This document shows, piece by piece, positions 25,621 to 38,627 of a stretch of 64,000 nt of DNA; position 1 is the first letter of the stretch, and every line of letters begins with the position of its first letter. The notes under the pieces are model-generated. The model searched no databases, was not told the origin of the DNA, and saw only the letters and a program-made list of their open reading frames with translations. A program made the position numbers and the translations under genes. The DNA is from Octopus sinensis (Eukaryota), in NCBI RefSeq assembly GCF_006345805.1, contig NC_043007.1, forward strand, positions 7,192,001 to 7,256,000, written 5' to 3'.

Positions 25621-28600
25621 AAAGGCTATGAGTTTCAAACGATAACATTGTATTACTGTATAATTCATTTTCAGTTCATTTTTTTTCCTGAAAGTTGATA
25701 TTTATATCAACACATAACACTACGTTCCTCTTTCACTGATCGGTTTTGACTGAGCTGGGTTTTGCGCCGCAAAATAGCCATGCTGTACTTTGCTGAATTT
25801 AGAACAACGTCGTTCTTTTCTTAAGATTTCAAGGATGTAACCTGAGGGGGAATTCGCCGGTTGATTTGTTGCAGTTCAAGTGGATCTCTCTCGTTGTCTG
25901 GTCTAAAGCGTTAGAGAGATTCTTCCTCCTGTTGATATTGAGACGTACACACCGAATCTTATTAAAGTCTTGTTCGTAGTGATAACCAACAAATATAAGC
26001 AGGATGGCAAATACAAAATTCCTGTCAACAAGCAAGTCTATATTGGCAACAATTAATTCATCAGAAAATTCTAAATTGCAAGAATTTCAGTTTTAACGAC
26101 GGGAGTAGTAAGTTGCTAATAATTCGATCCCTTTTTGTTCATCTAAAATTGAAGAACAGAGAGAATGTGATGTTGTCGCGTTGGCGATGAGCCAATAATA
26201 CGAAAGAACAAATATAAACAATCGCAAGTCTAAATAGTCATTTTCCATTAAAGCATTCCTTTCATCGTCCCGAAGTTAATAAATATGTACAAATGTTGCA
26301 ATGGAGATGAATAATTCTACCACCAATTTGGCCTCGTGTTTAATAATAACAAATACAAAAATTGTTAAATGCTCCCCTCCCCCCAAAAAACAAATAATGT
26401 TCAAAAGGATTTTAAGTAATTGTCTCTTTTAGATTACATCATTGTTATTATATGAAAGGAGTTATTTTACTCGTTGACTGGGTGTTTTCTTTCATCATAA
26501 ATAGTTTGATTATTGAATAATTATACGTTTACAGCAATAATTCATAATTTTTTTATCTAAATGTATAAAACCTCTCAACATCCCTTTGTATAGAGAAGAA
26601 ATATAATTGATTTCGCTTTTCGTATTACTAAACTCCACAACATTACAAATAGGGTTATATTTGATGGAATCGACCATCAAAGAGATATCTTGTAAATGTT
26701 AATATGATGCAATGTTTTTAGTTCGAAATATTCTGAGAATGAATTCTGGAAACCCTGAAAGACATTTAATGCGGTACCCCGCATTTCTCCAATGAAAAGA
26801 AACGCGATTACAAAAAAGTAATTGGTTTCATTAAATAGAGACTGAAAAATACTTTAATATTTTAACTGAATTGGTTTTCGATTAAGCACGAGGCCAGTAA
26901 TTTTTTTATCAGTAGGAACTACTGCCATAATTACCAGTACCGATCCCGAACAACTGCCATAGAACCCAGCACCAATTCCGAAAGGGAAAGTTCAATCCAT
27001 GGGATTTGAACTCAGAAGGCAACTTGCCGGAAGAATTATAGCATGACATTTTCGTGCTTCTGTCAGTTCCCGCACTAATAGAGAGGGAGAATCGTTAGAG
27101 AATGGGAAAAATTGCATTGGGATATATGTTCCAAGTATAAATTTTGAATTCCAATTCGGCCAAGATCAGTTGTATCTTCTATGCCTTCAAGATCGATAAA
27201 GCTACGTACCAGTGGCGATGAAATCAACAAACTCCCTTAAAATTGTAAATATTGTGTGTAAATAAGAAACAAATGCTTTAATTATATTTGCTTTACAATT
27301 AAACTTTGATATTCTTAGAAGTTTTGTGACTTGTGGAATTTTAGACTCGTTGGTGCATCGCTCAAAGTATTTAGCAGTATTTAGTTACAACCGTCAACAT
27401 TCTGAATTTAAATCTTGGGCTTTCGTTAAGTGCTGACGTCCTTCTAATCGACTTTATCCCGACAATGTATAGCTTTGCGTGTATTTTTTAGAAAATCAAT
27501 ACTCTTAATAGATATATGATCATGGATCACGAAAGAAAATACCTTACTTTGCAAGTATTGCATTAAATAATTATTTTTAAATGTCTACGGAAGGGTTGCG
27601 ATCGTGAAAAGACTTCTTTCTTTGAGAGAATTTTCACTACACAAAGAACTAAATCGGCTTCTCTGCATAAAGAAAATTTTTCTGAGTTTACATTGCATCG
27701 AGAACCGCTATAGCAGCCACTTGCACGTTAGTACGGATTGCTAGCCAGTACTATATCTTCCGCAAGTTGATTTGGGTGCCTATGTTATCATGAGATAGAA
27801 CACCATCGTGGTACAAGCGCTCTTGACCGAGCAGACCTCTCAAGATACATACGAGAAGAGGAACAAAACGTGTCTCTTAGTCGTTTCATCTGAGGAAAGT
27901 GAAGCGACATTAAATGAATCCCTTGCTAAGGGAAACAACGCACGACTCGTTACATGAATCAATCTCACAACGATATGGTCAGGAGCTCAGAAAGATTAGG
28001 TACCATCACACACGCACACACGCGTACATACAAAAAGAACAAATACACGCACATATAATGATAGGTAAGCTATAATTCCACATTGATCAGGTGAAAATGT
28101 ATGTGCTTGAACATTAACAGAAACAGCTTGCAATGACCAAGTTTTCACCTAATGTTCGGGCAATGAAATATATCACCAACCGAGGAGCGAGACTTCATCA
28201 AAAAGATATTTCATCGTTAAATTACTTATCGCTATTAACCGATCACTGGGAGATAACTAATGGTGTAAAATATATTTTGAAAATAGGTTATGATTTTCAG
28301 CGAGTGCAGAGAGAGTATAGTTTTGGCAAACGATAAGACATCGGCTATCAACATGTGCTCAAGTTTCAACATAGATATTTGCTAAGGCCAGAACATACGG
28401 CAGCAGTTATCTTTCAGTGCCAAGTCGGGTTTATTGATGTCTTCTCCACAAATACATGAACATGAAGACCGAAAGGACTTCTTCAAACTATATACATATT
28501 ATTTAACGAAATACAGTTTAGAAGATAAATCCGTAATTCTTAATTGGTGAGTGAGTAATTAAGCAATTAGAGTCAAGTACATTAGCCAGTCATCATCCGA

Positions 28601-29072
28601 AATGATCGAGTTAAAATGTAACCCAACTCACAAAGGTATCATATGTAATTATTAAACGCGAAGCAAAATTTTATGAGCGAAAGAAAGAGTTCACTCAGCT
28701 GAGGATAGAAATAACCTTTCAGAAAAGAAGTGGAAAATTCTGTTCACATCTAATGTTGAACTTTGATCTTTATTTTGATTGCAGGTAGTTAAATTACCAC
28801 TCAGGGATATAGGAAGTATATAGAGCTTTGACTGACTATTGTATAAATACGTGCATATATATATTATGTGAAATAGAAAGATGAATAATCTTGTTGCAGA
28901 TTAATCAAAAGTTTAATCGATACCTTGGTAGCAAAAATCACAGCAGAAGACAGCACGGTTGGAGGTACAACCATATGGTGTTGCAACCGTGCGTTGGTGC
29001 AGATAATTGAATTTTAATATTATTAATGAATTTAAGAAATGGAGTTGAACGAAGATTGAACAGAAATCGATT

Positions 29073-29165
29073 TATTTCATTCTAAACGTGTTTCGAAAGG
29101 CACAATTTACCAAATTCCGATTGAATAATGAGACCATATTGTGCCTTTCTCTTCAGGAAGAAATA
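29073..29165 (-). ncRNA. Hammerhead motif copy with disrupted helix III (GUA to UUA)
   Basis: The reverse complement reads GAAACACGUUUA instead of GAAACACGUGUA. Confidence 0.65.
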
Positions 29166-29282
29166 GGAAATCCGTTGGAAAAAACTAAAACAGAACAGAG
29201 GCGGAGCAAAACAAATCGAACTAGGCTCCTGAGAGCCCATGGCCAAACTCTGTTCTGTTTTTGTTTTTTCCAACGGATTTCC

Positions 29283-29375
29283 TATTTCTTCCTGAAGAGA
29301 AAGGCACAATATGGTCTCATTATTCAATCGGATTTTGGTAAATTGTGCCTTTCGAAACACGTGTAGAATGAAATA
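29283..29375 (+). ncRNA. Minimal type I hammerhead ribozyme motif (family A, best copy)
   Basis: TATTTCTTC-CTGAAGA(29292)-GAAAGGCACAAT...ATTGTGCCTTTC-GAAAC-ACGT-GTA(29365)-GAATGAAATA, with a perfect 12-bp helix II. Confidence 0.88.
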
Positions 29376-29436
29376 AAACGATTTCTGTTCAATCTTCGTT
29401 CAACTCCATTTCTTAAATTCACTAATAATATATATA

Positions 29437-29476
<40 letters not shown>

Positions 29477-29708
29477 GTAAGTATGTATGTATATATGTAT
29501 CTATGTATGTACGTATACATGTATGTATGTATAAGTGTGTGTATTGATGAATTATAAAGCATTTAATATGAATAATTGACATAAATAAATGTGGTATATG
29601 TATATGTACAAATATGTGTGCATACATGCGTGTGCATAAGTCTATGTATATAATATATGTGTGTGTTTGTATACGATATAGAATATATATATATATATAT
29701 ATATATAT

Positions 29709-29753
<45 letters not shown>

Positions 29754-31458
29754 GGGAAGGACGTACATAGACATGGGTGTCGGTATTAATGTATAAAACA
29801 GGACAGACTGGCTTTTTTATTTTTGAAGATAACAGATTATTAATATTTGATATATGAGACTGATTTCATTTACACTTGAGCTCTTCTAAGAAAAATAACA
29901 TCACATACGCTTATGTTGGGGAATACAATTTACATGTATGTTAATTATTAAGAAAAACATTACTCTAATTAAGACTCTAAGCTGGTTCTTAGACTCGAAC
30001 TCCAAGTGTTGTCTTACTTATATTGATCCAAAATAACATTACATTTTTTTTATTTACTCCATATGTTTAACGACTGCCATTGTCTTCCATACAGACGTAA
30101 ATGTTAATGGTATTTTTTCTTAACGCAGCTAGTGATGTCTGCTTTTGAAGAGTGTTATATGGTGTCTAATTAAGGGAGAGAAAAATCTACTTTACAAATA
30201 CACCAGTCTCATAATAGATCTATCGATGTACAAATAAATACACATCCAAAACGGAAGTAATGATGCATTAAGAAAAATCACATTTCATTTCAAGTTAATG
30301 TAGTTTTGCTTTTAATTTTGTTTGGAATTCTTTTTTTCTGTTTTTCATTCTAATCAAAAGTTTTCGTTTGATATCTATTCACCGATATGACAAGAGGAAA
30401 AGTAAAAAAAAATTATAATTCAGCTGAATACGCCAAAGTTCATCTCCTATCAAGTGTGATATTATAATATTGCTTCAATACTTTTTTTGCGATGCTTTAG
30501 TAGATAATCTTTATCTATATATACCATCAGATCATGTAGCAAGCTCGCTATCGTTTGGTACTTTCATAAAGCCACAAAGGGTTAAAGTAGCTAGATTTCA
30601 AAACCACAAGTTTAATTTTAATGTGCCATAGACGCAGCGCCTGCTTTTATCGTTTTTTATCTCTATACAATCACCTTTTCAAAAACCTATCCACATACTA
30701 TCCTTCTCTCATTCTGATAATATTTCACGTTAATCGATGCAGTTATTTTTTAGTATGAGAGCGATAGTGCTGCAATATTCAATCTTCCTTTTTAACAAGA
30801 TAGAGTTGTTGACTGTTATACTATTCCTGTAGATAAGGATGTAAGATCACAAACCATGTTTTTAACCGAACAAGAGACATCGCTGTAAATGAAAAGTAGT
30901 TTTGGTTTGCTAAGTTGCAACCTGCGATTTGCTTAATTCTGAATAAGATTTGCTAAATTCGTGAGTTAGAGGCAAAACCAGCAGTTTTGAAAGAGTTGAA
31001 GCTGGCCAACACCACTGACCCGGTCATTACGCTGATATTTTGTTTTCCCGCACCCAGAGTGATGATAATTTAAGGTGACATCGGCGGATTTGAGCTCAGA
31101 CATAAGGCGCCAATAGCCATTTCCTATAGCATGCTGTTTAGGTGCTTTAATGATTTTTCCCAAACAATTAGCTTCGGTTTGCTAAATGAGCATAAGGCAA
31201 GATTAGGAACGAATATTTGGGCTGCGCAGGTAACCGGTAGAAACGCAAGTTATATGAACAGTCTTTTAGTAAGACTGACCCACTTTGTTAACAGTCCCTA
31301 TCCAATTTCAAACTTATTATTAGAAAAGAAAACCTAATACACCGTAGATAATTACTTCTATTTCGAACTCACTCACACACACGCATATATATTATGATAT
31401 AATATATATGTGTGTGTATATGTATGTATATATATATATATATATACACATATATATG

Positions 31459-31491
<33 letters not shown>

Positions 31492-31500
31492 ATTTATATA

Positions 31501-31541
<41 letters not shown>

Positions 31542-31683
31542 ATGTATATGTATGTATGCATATATATATATATATATATACACACATGCATATATATATA
31601 TACATATATATATATATCTATATATATATATATATATATATATTCATCGTAGTTGTCTAATGTTCTATTATTCTATGTGTTGT

Positions 31684-32095
31684 AAGGCGCCGAGCCGGCA
31701 GAACCGTTACCGTACCGGACCAAATGCTGAGTGGTTTTACGTTTTGAGTTTAAATGTTAGCGGTGTTAACCTTGCCTTCGATTCTCTCGGGGTCGATAAA
31801 ATAAATACCAGTTGAACATTGGGGTCAATGTAATCGAGTAGAATCTTCTCCCCTCAATTTCTGGGGGTAGAAATTAATGTTGTGAGTACTGTAAGAAGGC
31901 GAACTGAGAAAATCCTTAGCAGTTCGGAGAAAATGTCACATATCTTGCGACTCATTATGTTCTGAGTTCAAATCCAGCCGAAGTCATCTTTAACTTCCAT
32001 CCGTGGAATATTGATAAAAACCATGTAATAAGGTCGATATGTAATCGACTTATTTCTTCCTCAGTTTTGCTAGCTCTGCGCCAATATTAGAAACA
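31684..32095 (+). mobile_element. Two tandem degenerate family-2 SINEs
   Basis: AAGGCGCCGAGCCGGCAGAA head, GGGGTCGATAAAATAAATACCAG domain, and a second TTCTGAGTTCAAATCC. Confidence 0.65.
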
Positions 32096-32142
32096 AATTA
32101 TTTGTCTGCTGATTGACACATTCTTTGCATTATTAACAAACT

Positions 32143-32405
32143 GAAGACACACGTGAACCAGTGGTTAGAATGCTTGGTTTATGATCACAAAGTCGTGGTT
32201 TCGATTCCTGGACGCAGCGCTGCATTGTATTCTAGAGGAAGGCATTTCGCTGTTCCACTCCCCACAGCTGAAAATGAGCGCCGGCTGAGTGTTGTTACAT
32301 CTCTTTCATTACCGTTCGGGTGTAACGTCGTGGGTGTACTGTTTGGGGGCGGTGGACAAAGGATGGGAGAGTCGAGAGGGTCACTATGCCTACGCGTGAC
32401 TGCCT
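32143..32405 (+). mobile_element. Degenerate family-3 SINE
   Basis: CAGTGGTTAGAATG...GGTTTCGATTCC tRNA-like head. Confidence 0.6.
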
Positions 32406-33859
32406 AATTATCTAAAACAAATAGCGAATATATTTTGAGTATTACCAAGCCATACTCGCTCGCGAGTTATGACTTATTTTAAAGATTCTCAGCATAGATC
32501 TATCTCCATGTTTTCTTCTTATCTTTTCTGAACACAAACAAAAATATAAAATACAAAACAGAATAATATAAAAATACAAAATTTAAACGCTGAAACAGCA
32601 ACAACAATAGGAAACATCCAAACTTGGTCATTGCTGGTTTAAAGAAAATAGGACAGACATCAAAACGTACGATGTTAGTATATCTTGAACGTGGTTTGAC
32701 TTGAATAAAGACGATTAAAAGCCTGGGTAAGGGATTTTGACAGATGTCCGTGCGATCTAACGCAATAAGGATAACGAGAAGTAATTATGATATGTAATAT
32801 TGATAGAAAAAGAAATTCTTTTCCTAAGGAGAACATTGATTTAATCGACCCTAATCTCCTTCGTAATTATTTATTCGCTAGGACCCGCATTAGAGAGGCA
32901 AACACGACGGTGACAATGTTTTAGCTGAGAATGCATTCACAGGAAAGTGATGATTAAATGTGTAATGGGGAAGTGGTTAATTATACATGAAAGGAACTCT
33001 TTGAATTACACAACAATTATATAAGCAATCTATATTGAAAATGAGTTCTTTTCTTAAGAAAAGAACTAACCTGACATGAAATCAATACGGTGTGAATTAT
33101 AATCGTAAATTGGGATTGAAAACACATGTTTATAGAAGAAATTACGGATATTGAAAGGAGATATTTGTTTCTTTTATTACGGATGCGTTATTGAATGGGT
33201 TCGGTAGATGCGGTTGGAAAGTAGAGACGAATAAATCATTTATTTCCTTTCCCTTTTTGCTGCAAACAAAACGTGTACAAAGGCAACAGCATATCTATAA
33301 GCTCTTGCCCTTGATAGTACCGGGGTATTTTATAAACCTGACCTAGCGTGTGGATATATGTGTGAGGGGGTATGAGTATGTGAGTGAATGAGCGTGTTTC
33401 TGTGTTTGTATGAGTGTGTGTGCGTTTGTGTGTGAGCGTGGGTGAGGGGATGTGTGTATTTGTGTGTGATTGTGTGTATGTGTGGCGGCACGTACGACTC
33501 GTTACCAAAGGGTTATTACCTCCCTCCTAAATTCCTATGCAAGATGCGTTCGAACATCATAACTTAGACTGAAGTGCAAAGAGTTAAATATTTTAGAATT
33601 CTTATGTTTTAATATACAAATATTTCAAGAAGCCGGCGGTCATTTCCTCGGTATTGCAGCAGGATGAAGTAGCGAGGAAATATGGCTCCGGCTTATTAAA
33701 TCATTTATGCAATAAACCATTAGAATAGCAATGACTTTCTCCCTGTCCGTCCGTCACTCTCTTTCTCTCCCTCTTCTTCTCTCTTAATCTACATATTTAT
33801 ACTCTACGTTAACACACGGACATATGTGTCTCAATGTCTCTCTCTCTCTTTCCCCATAT

Positions 33860-33912
<53 letters not shown>

Positions 33913-34349
33913 TATACATACACATATATTTATATACAGCGATATATATATATATGTATTCCAAAGTCCCTATTCAAAGCTCAGGTTATTGAAATCCGTT
34001 GCCTATAGATAGCCGCGATTTCAATTGTTTCGAAATGCAGTCGAAACACTTGATAAAATGTTATGAAACGTGAAAGCATTCTAAATGCAAATGGCCCTAT
34101 GTCCAAAATCCAACAATTAGAATTCAGTATTCTTCATTGAATTCCTGAGTTTTATTATCTGACTTTCTAGGCAATTTATTAACTTAAACCTGCTAAAGTT
34201 ATGTCTTCCATTCACCTTGATCCTATCTAGACTGTGCAGCCGAACATTACCAAAGAATATTATAATGTTCGTTCGCATGACGATTCAGGAACAAACATAA
34301 CACTCTTTTTATTTCTTTTGATATATATTCGTCAAATTCGGGTCAGTTT

Positions 34350-34710
34350 GTCTTCACTCGACGAACTGGCCTTTAACCTCGATGATATCTTCCAGGCGAC
34401 CGGTCACACGCCTTCGTCACTATCTCCCGGTTTAGGCCCTTCACCTTGTTCTTTCTGCTGTAGCTGAACAAGTTGGTTTCCCGTTTTACCGCCTCCACCC
34501 CAACCAAAGAAGTCGAAGGGGTCGCACTCAGGCAAGTTAGGAGGTTAAATGTCAGGTATTGTGTGATTGAATAAATCCTCCAACAGCCAGGCCTGAGGAT
34601 GCAGCCGTCAGTGTTCAGCTTGAGGCTCTCAGAGAAGATGTGGCGTGGCTTAGCGTCACCTTCACGGCTGACGGCACCAAACGTCATATATATCCACATC
34701 AAGAGCTCCA
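34350..34710 (-). pseudogene. Degenerate Tc1/mariner-superfamily transposase remnant (maT/DD37D-like)
   Basis: MTFGAVSREGDAKPRHIFSESLKLNTDGCI resembles the VSSEGDVMPPHIFxxGLxLN segment of this family. Recognised from memory. Confidence 0.5.
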
Positions 34711-36251
34711 TCAAAGAGTATCACTAATATGTTCCTCGCTTACTCTTCAACAACGTCTTACAAATTGCACGCATCCTTCTCTAAAATTATTCACTAAGCA
34801 ACCATATAGTCTTTGTGTGATCGGATGCTTTCTCCGGAAGATATTTTAGAATGACCTTTAACATGCAGTTACAAATCTCGACAAAAACTTGACTCCAGAA
34901 AATTTGAGGAGATAAATAAGGTTCATCTGTCGATCGAAATGAAATGCTGACCACAAATTCATGAAATATAAAATTTAGCTCATAATCTCTGCTACAACAG
35001 CGGAACTCGAATCAATGCGCAGCGTATACCACGTGATAACCATCAGTTTATCAGAGTGTAAAGCTTTGATTCACATTTAATGCTTTCTAAATCAGAGGTT
35101 TTCGTTTCATATTACCTATTTTGCTTCTCTTGGCATTTATATGAAATGTGTGGTTTTCATCAGTTTATATTATGCATCTCGCACATGACTCTGGGATGAT
35201 TTGAGAAGGCCAGTAGTTTGCTGCTATTGGTATTCAAGATGGGTCTTGATCAACCCTGACTGAGTCAAGTGAGTGGGAGAATCTGATGTTGAAAGATAAA
35301 AATATTCCGAGACACTAGAAATATCACTGGGGATGTATCCCATGGGATCTGCAAGATGAACCTTTCAAGTAAACTGTATATTTTATGTGCGCACGCACAC
35401 ATTAAAAGCAGCTCGTGTTGCTGCTTTTACACGATGAAAGTTGCAACGAAATTTACAAACATTTGTTGCAGAAATAATATGTTTAGCCCCGTCGGCCAGA
35501 AAGCATGAACCGATCGACTAACGATTATTTGGTCATTCTTAAAAACAAAAAAAAAAAGCTATAGTCCGCAAATTTCGCAATAACAACTGTTTCTCATCAG
35601 CCAGGGGTGAGTAAACGAAAATTGACCATGGCTTTAACGAAAATCGAAACAAATCGATGTTTCTTTCTTCCTGTTCTCTGACTACTAAGTTCACTAGTAT
35701 TTAACCGCAGGCCCTATCTTCCATACTGTGGCTGTACAGGAACTTATTAAGTACATGATGCTAACTTTTACTAAGTTTTCTAAGTTCTGCTGCCTTAAAA
35801 TATGCATGTGCGTAAATGTGTGTATGTGTGTGTATGTGTGAGTGCATGTGTATGTGTGTGTGGGGGGGGGGGGCGCAGAATATAAATTACATGCAACACT
35901 GCTCATTCGTCCAAAGAATGCTTTGTTTGATTATGCACGCAGGGAAAATAAACAAAATCTATCGAATTGTATACACCTTGTATGGAATCTCGTTTCGAAC
36001 CTATATATACATATAAATTTGTAGTGTAAAATATAGATTTATAGAATTCTGTGTCCTCTAGCGAACAAAATTAACAAACCACATAGTAATTCAGTAGGTA
36101 GGAGGAGTATAATGCAGAGTTCGATGCAGCTGAAATCCATGAGATCCAATCGATGAGATTATTTGATGAAGATTATATAAACCATAAATATCAGAAGCTA
36201 TGAGAATTTAATATATTTGCTTCACCACTTGTATCGACCTTGCATACCTTG

Positions 36252-36316
<65 letters not shown>

Positions 36317-36421
36317 TTTTGCATGCATACTTAGTGTTGAAGAATTGGTGTAATCAGGATGTTCTGGTGATCTGATGAGCTGGCTTTCCCTATCTATATA
36401 TATATATACATATGTATATAT

Positions 36422-36722
36422 GAAGTATATTTGCCATCTAAATGTGGCTAACCACTAAGGGTGTATGTTACTGTAGCATGTAGCCACAGGAGAACATCTC
36501 CAGTTGGCTATTCACACACATTCTGTGCCCTATCGGTATTTGCAAAGGGAAGCCACCAATAGGGCACAGACAGTGTGTCAATAGGCAGCTGGAGATGTTC
36601 TCCTGAGGCTGCACGCTACAGTAACATACACCCTTAGTGGTTAGCCACATTTAGATGGCAAATATACTTCGCATTGTCGTGCAGTTACTGCTTATACCTC
36701 GCACAGAGATTTATTATTGCTT
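36422..36722. repeat. Inverted repeat (~110-bp arms) plus a ~50-bp tail, between TA tracts; probable inverted PLE terminus
   Basis: 36422-36532 is the reverse complement of ~36558-36670. The outer ~55 bp are identical. Confidence 0.85.
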
Positions 36723-36744
36723 ATATATATATATATATATCAGA

Positions 36745-36929
36745 CGCCATGATAGATCGTTAGCCACTACACACATTTGCTTTCTCTCCTTGTTTTTTCT
36801 GTGTCTCTTTCTGTAGAAGAGCGTAGGCTCGAAACGTAAAAGACATTTTTCTATTCTGAGCGTTATACTAATACATATGTTTGTTTTCTACACCACTTGT
36901 CTTCGTCTTGTGTAGTTTTCGTAAACTCT

Positions 36930-36931
<2 letters not shown>
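36745..36931 (+). mobile_element. Short TA-flanked element (family D) with an HHR-like motif at 36803-36844
   Basis: CTTT-CTGTAGAA-GAGC-GTAG-GCTC-GAAAC-GTA-AAAG. A second family member lies at 60845-61040. Confidence 0.65.
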
Positions 36932-36976
<45 letters not shown>

Positions 36977-38428
36977 CATACATGCATACATAAATGCATA
37001 CATACTTATATGTGTGTGTATATAGCTTGGGATAAGGAAAAAAGGAGGCGTTTGTTAGTCTCCTGAGACCATGGATGTCCGCTTGAAAAGTTTTGTTTAA
37101 ATGTTGTTTGTAGAGCAGCTCCCCCCCCCCCTATGGCTACAGAACCCCCTCCCCCCGTCTGAGTGGCAATCCTGTTTACAGTGATTCTAATTGAAAGCAA
37201 TCTTGCCAAACTGGTCCAGGCGCCTTGTTAAGTCTTAGCCTGACTTGTCACCTTTGTAAATCCTTGTTCAATTCCGGTCTCCAGTGGGAGCAACCCTCAT
37301 TAATATCTTCCTACTTTCCAACGTTCTTATAAATCAACCACATGTTCAAGTCTATATTCACGTTTAGAAGAATAGATATTCTTCATCGATTACAGTGAAA
37401 CATCATTGTGATGTTATCCATCCTTAGATATTTACTTGCCTGACATTGCAAATTTTAGTAATTGTGTCTCCATACAAAACTATTATTATTTACATTGCTT
37501 TCACTACCGCTGCTTTTTCTCATGTTTTTTGTTGTTTTTGTTTTGTGGTCGCTATTGTTATTATTGTCCTTGTGTATTGTATTGTATATCGTGTTAGTAA
37601 CGTTAGCTTACAGAAACATTTTTTTCTTGTTAACGATATAATTGCCATTGTGTTTGATGAATCTATAATCTGTGTCCGTTTTGATAAATTACCAAAATGT
37701 CTGTTCTTCTTGTTCTGTTACTATTTCTTTTTTATGAGGGGGAGAGTGGTGGAATTATTTGAGACTAAGGTTCACTGTTTCACTCATGGCAGATACCCTG
37801 ACAATCTTCTTCAAAAGCATAAGTATAATAGAATTAGTAACATGACTGACAATTTGGTGTCCATCCTAATACGGGTTTTATTCACTAATTTCATAAACTA
37901 GAAAATTGCTCTCGATTGGATTCGACATTGCAAAGGAAAACTATTTGATTCGATTGGAAACAAAATATGAATAGAAAATACAATCACAATTGTTTAATAA
38001 TTAACTAACATCAAATAAATGAAGGTTATATTAATTGGTTGAAAAACTATACGCACCATTCGTATACTTTTCAGCTCTGGAAGTCTTCTATAAAAACAAG
38101 TGAAATTCTATCCCGGTGCTTGATATAATATTTTGACTGAAAATTCTATAAACATTAAGGTAACGTTAAATAGTTTGGCAACTGAATGTGTTGCATGGAA
38201 ATTAGGAACAAACGCTTAAAGAGGAACTTCGAAGTACAACATTTTTGATTTGCGATTTCTATTGAATTGCTCCAAGGGATATTATATATAATCTACGCAA
38301 AATGCTTCCCGACTATAGCATGAAGAAAATGTCCAGACATCTGATTCCATGGGAAGCAGCTTATAAATCTTGTGCACATATCTGGGTATGCATCAGAGGT
38401 TCCATTTTGTTTTTGTGTGTTTCGAAAT

Positions 38429-38627
38429 ATTTTTTCTGCTATAGACACAAGACCTGAAATTTCGTGCGTGAGTTAAATCGATTAGACCGATACTTAATTT
38501 ATCAACCCTGAAAGAATGAAAGGAAAAGTCGACATCGGCGGAATTTGAACTCAGATCATAAAGACGGACGAAATCCTGCTAAGCATTTTGCCCAGCAGGT
38601 TAATGATTCTGCCAGCTCAACGCCTTA
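38429..38627 (-). mobile_element. Full-length family-2 SINE with a 13-bp target-site duplication
   Basis: TGTGTTTCGAAAT at 38416-38428 and 38628-38640. Confidence 0.9.

Larger units (their letters stand above)
28865..29430. mobile_element. PLE family-A inverted pLTR pair (fold-back)
   Basis: Long arm 28865-29245 (minus) and short arm 29248-29430 (plus) form a near-perfect ~175-bp inverted repeat with a ~47-bp spacer. TA repeats flank both sides. Confidence 0.9.

Noticed and set aside
25829-26100. Possible exon or short ORF
   Set aside because: No homology and no convincing splice-site pair.
29082-29366. Recurrent ORF MFRKAQFTK... (also at 54857 and 55904)
   Set aside because: It is a GTG-started antisense reading of the pLTR/HHR. 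It recurs because the repeat recurs, and it is not conserved in the 3490 copy.
37446-37901. 151-aa hydrophobic ORF
   Set aside because: T-rich low-complexity composition and a TTG start. It is possibly the antisense of a decayed PLE.
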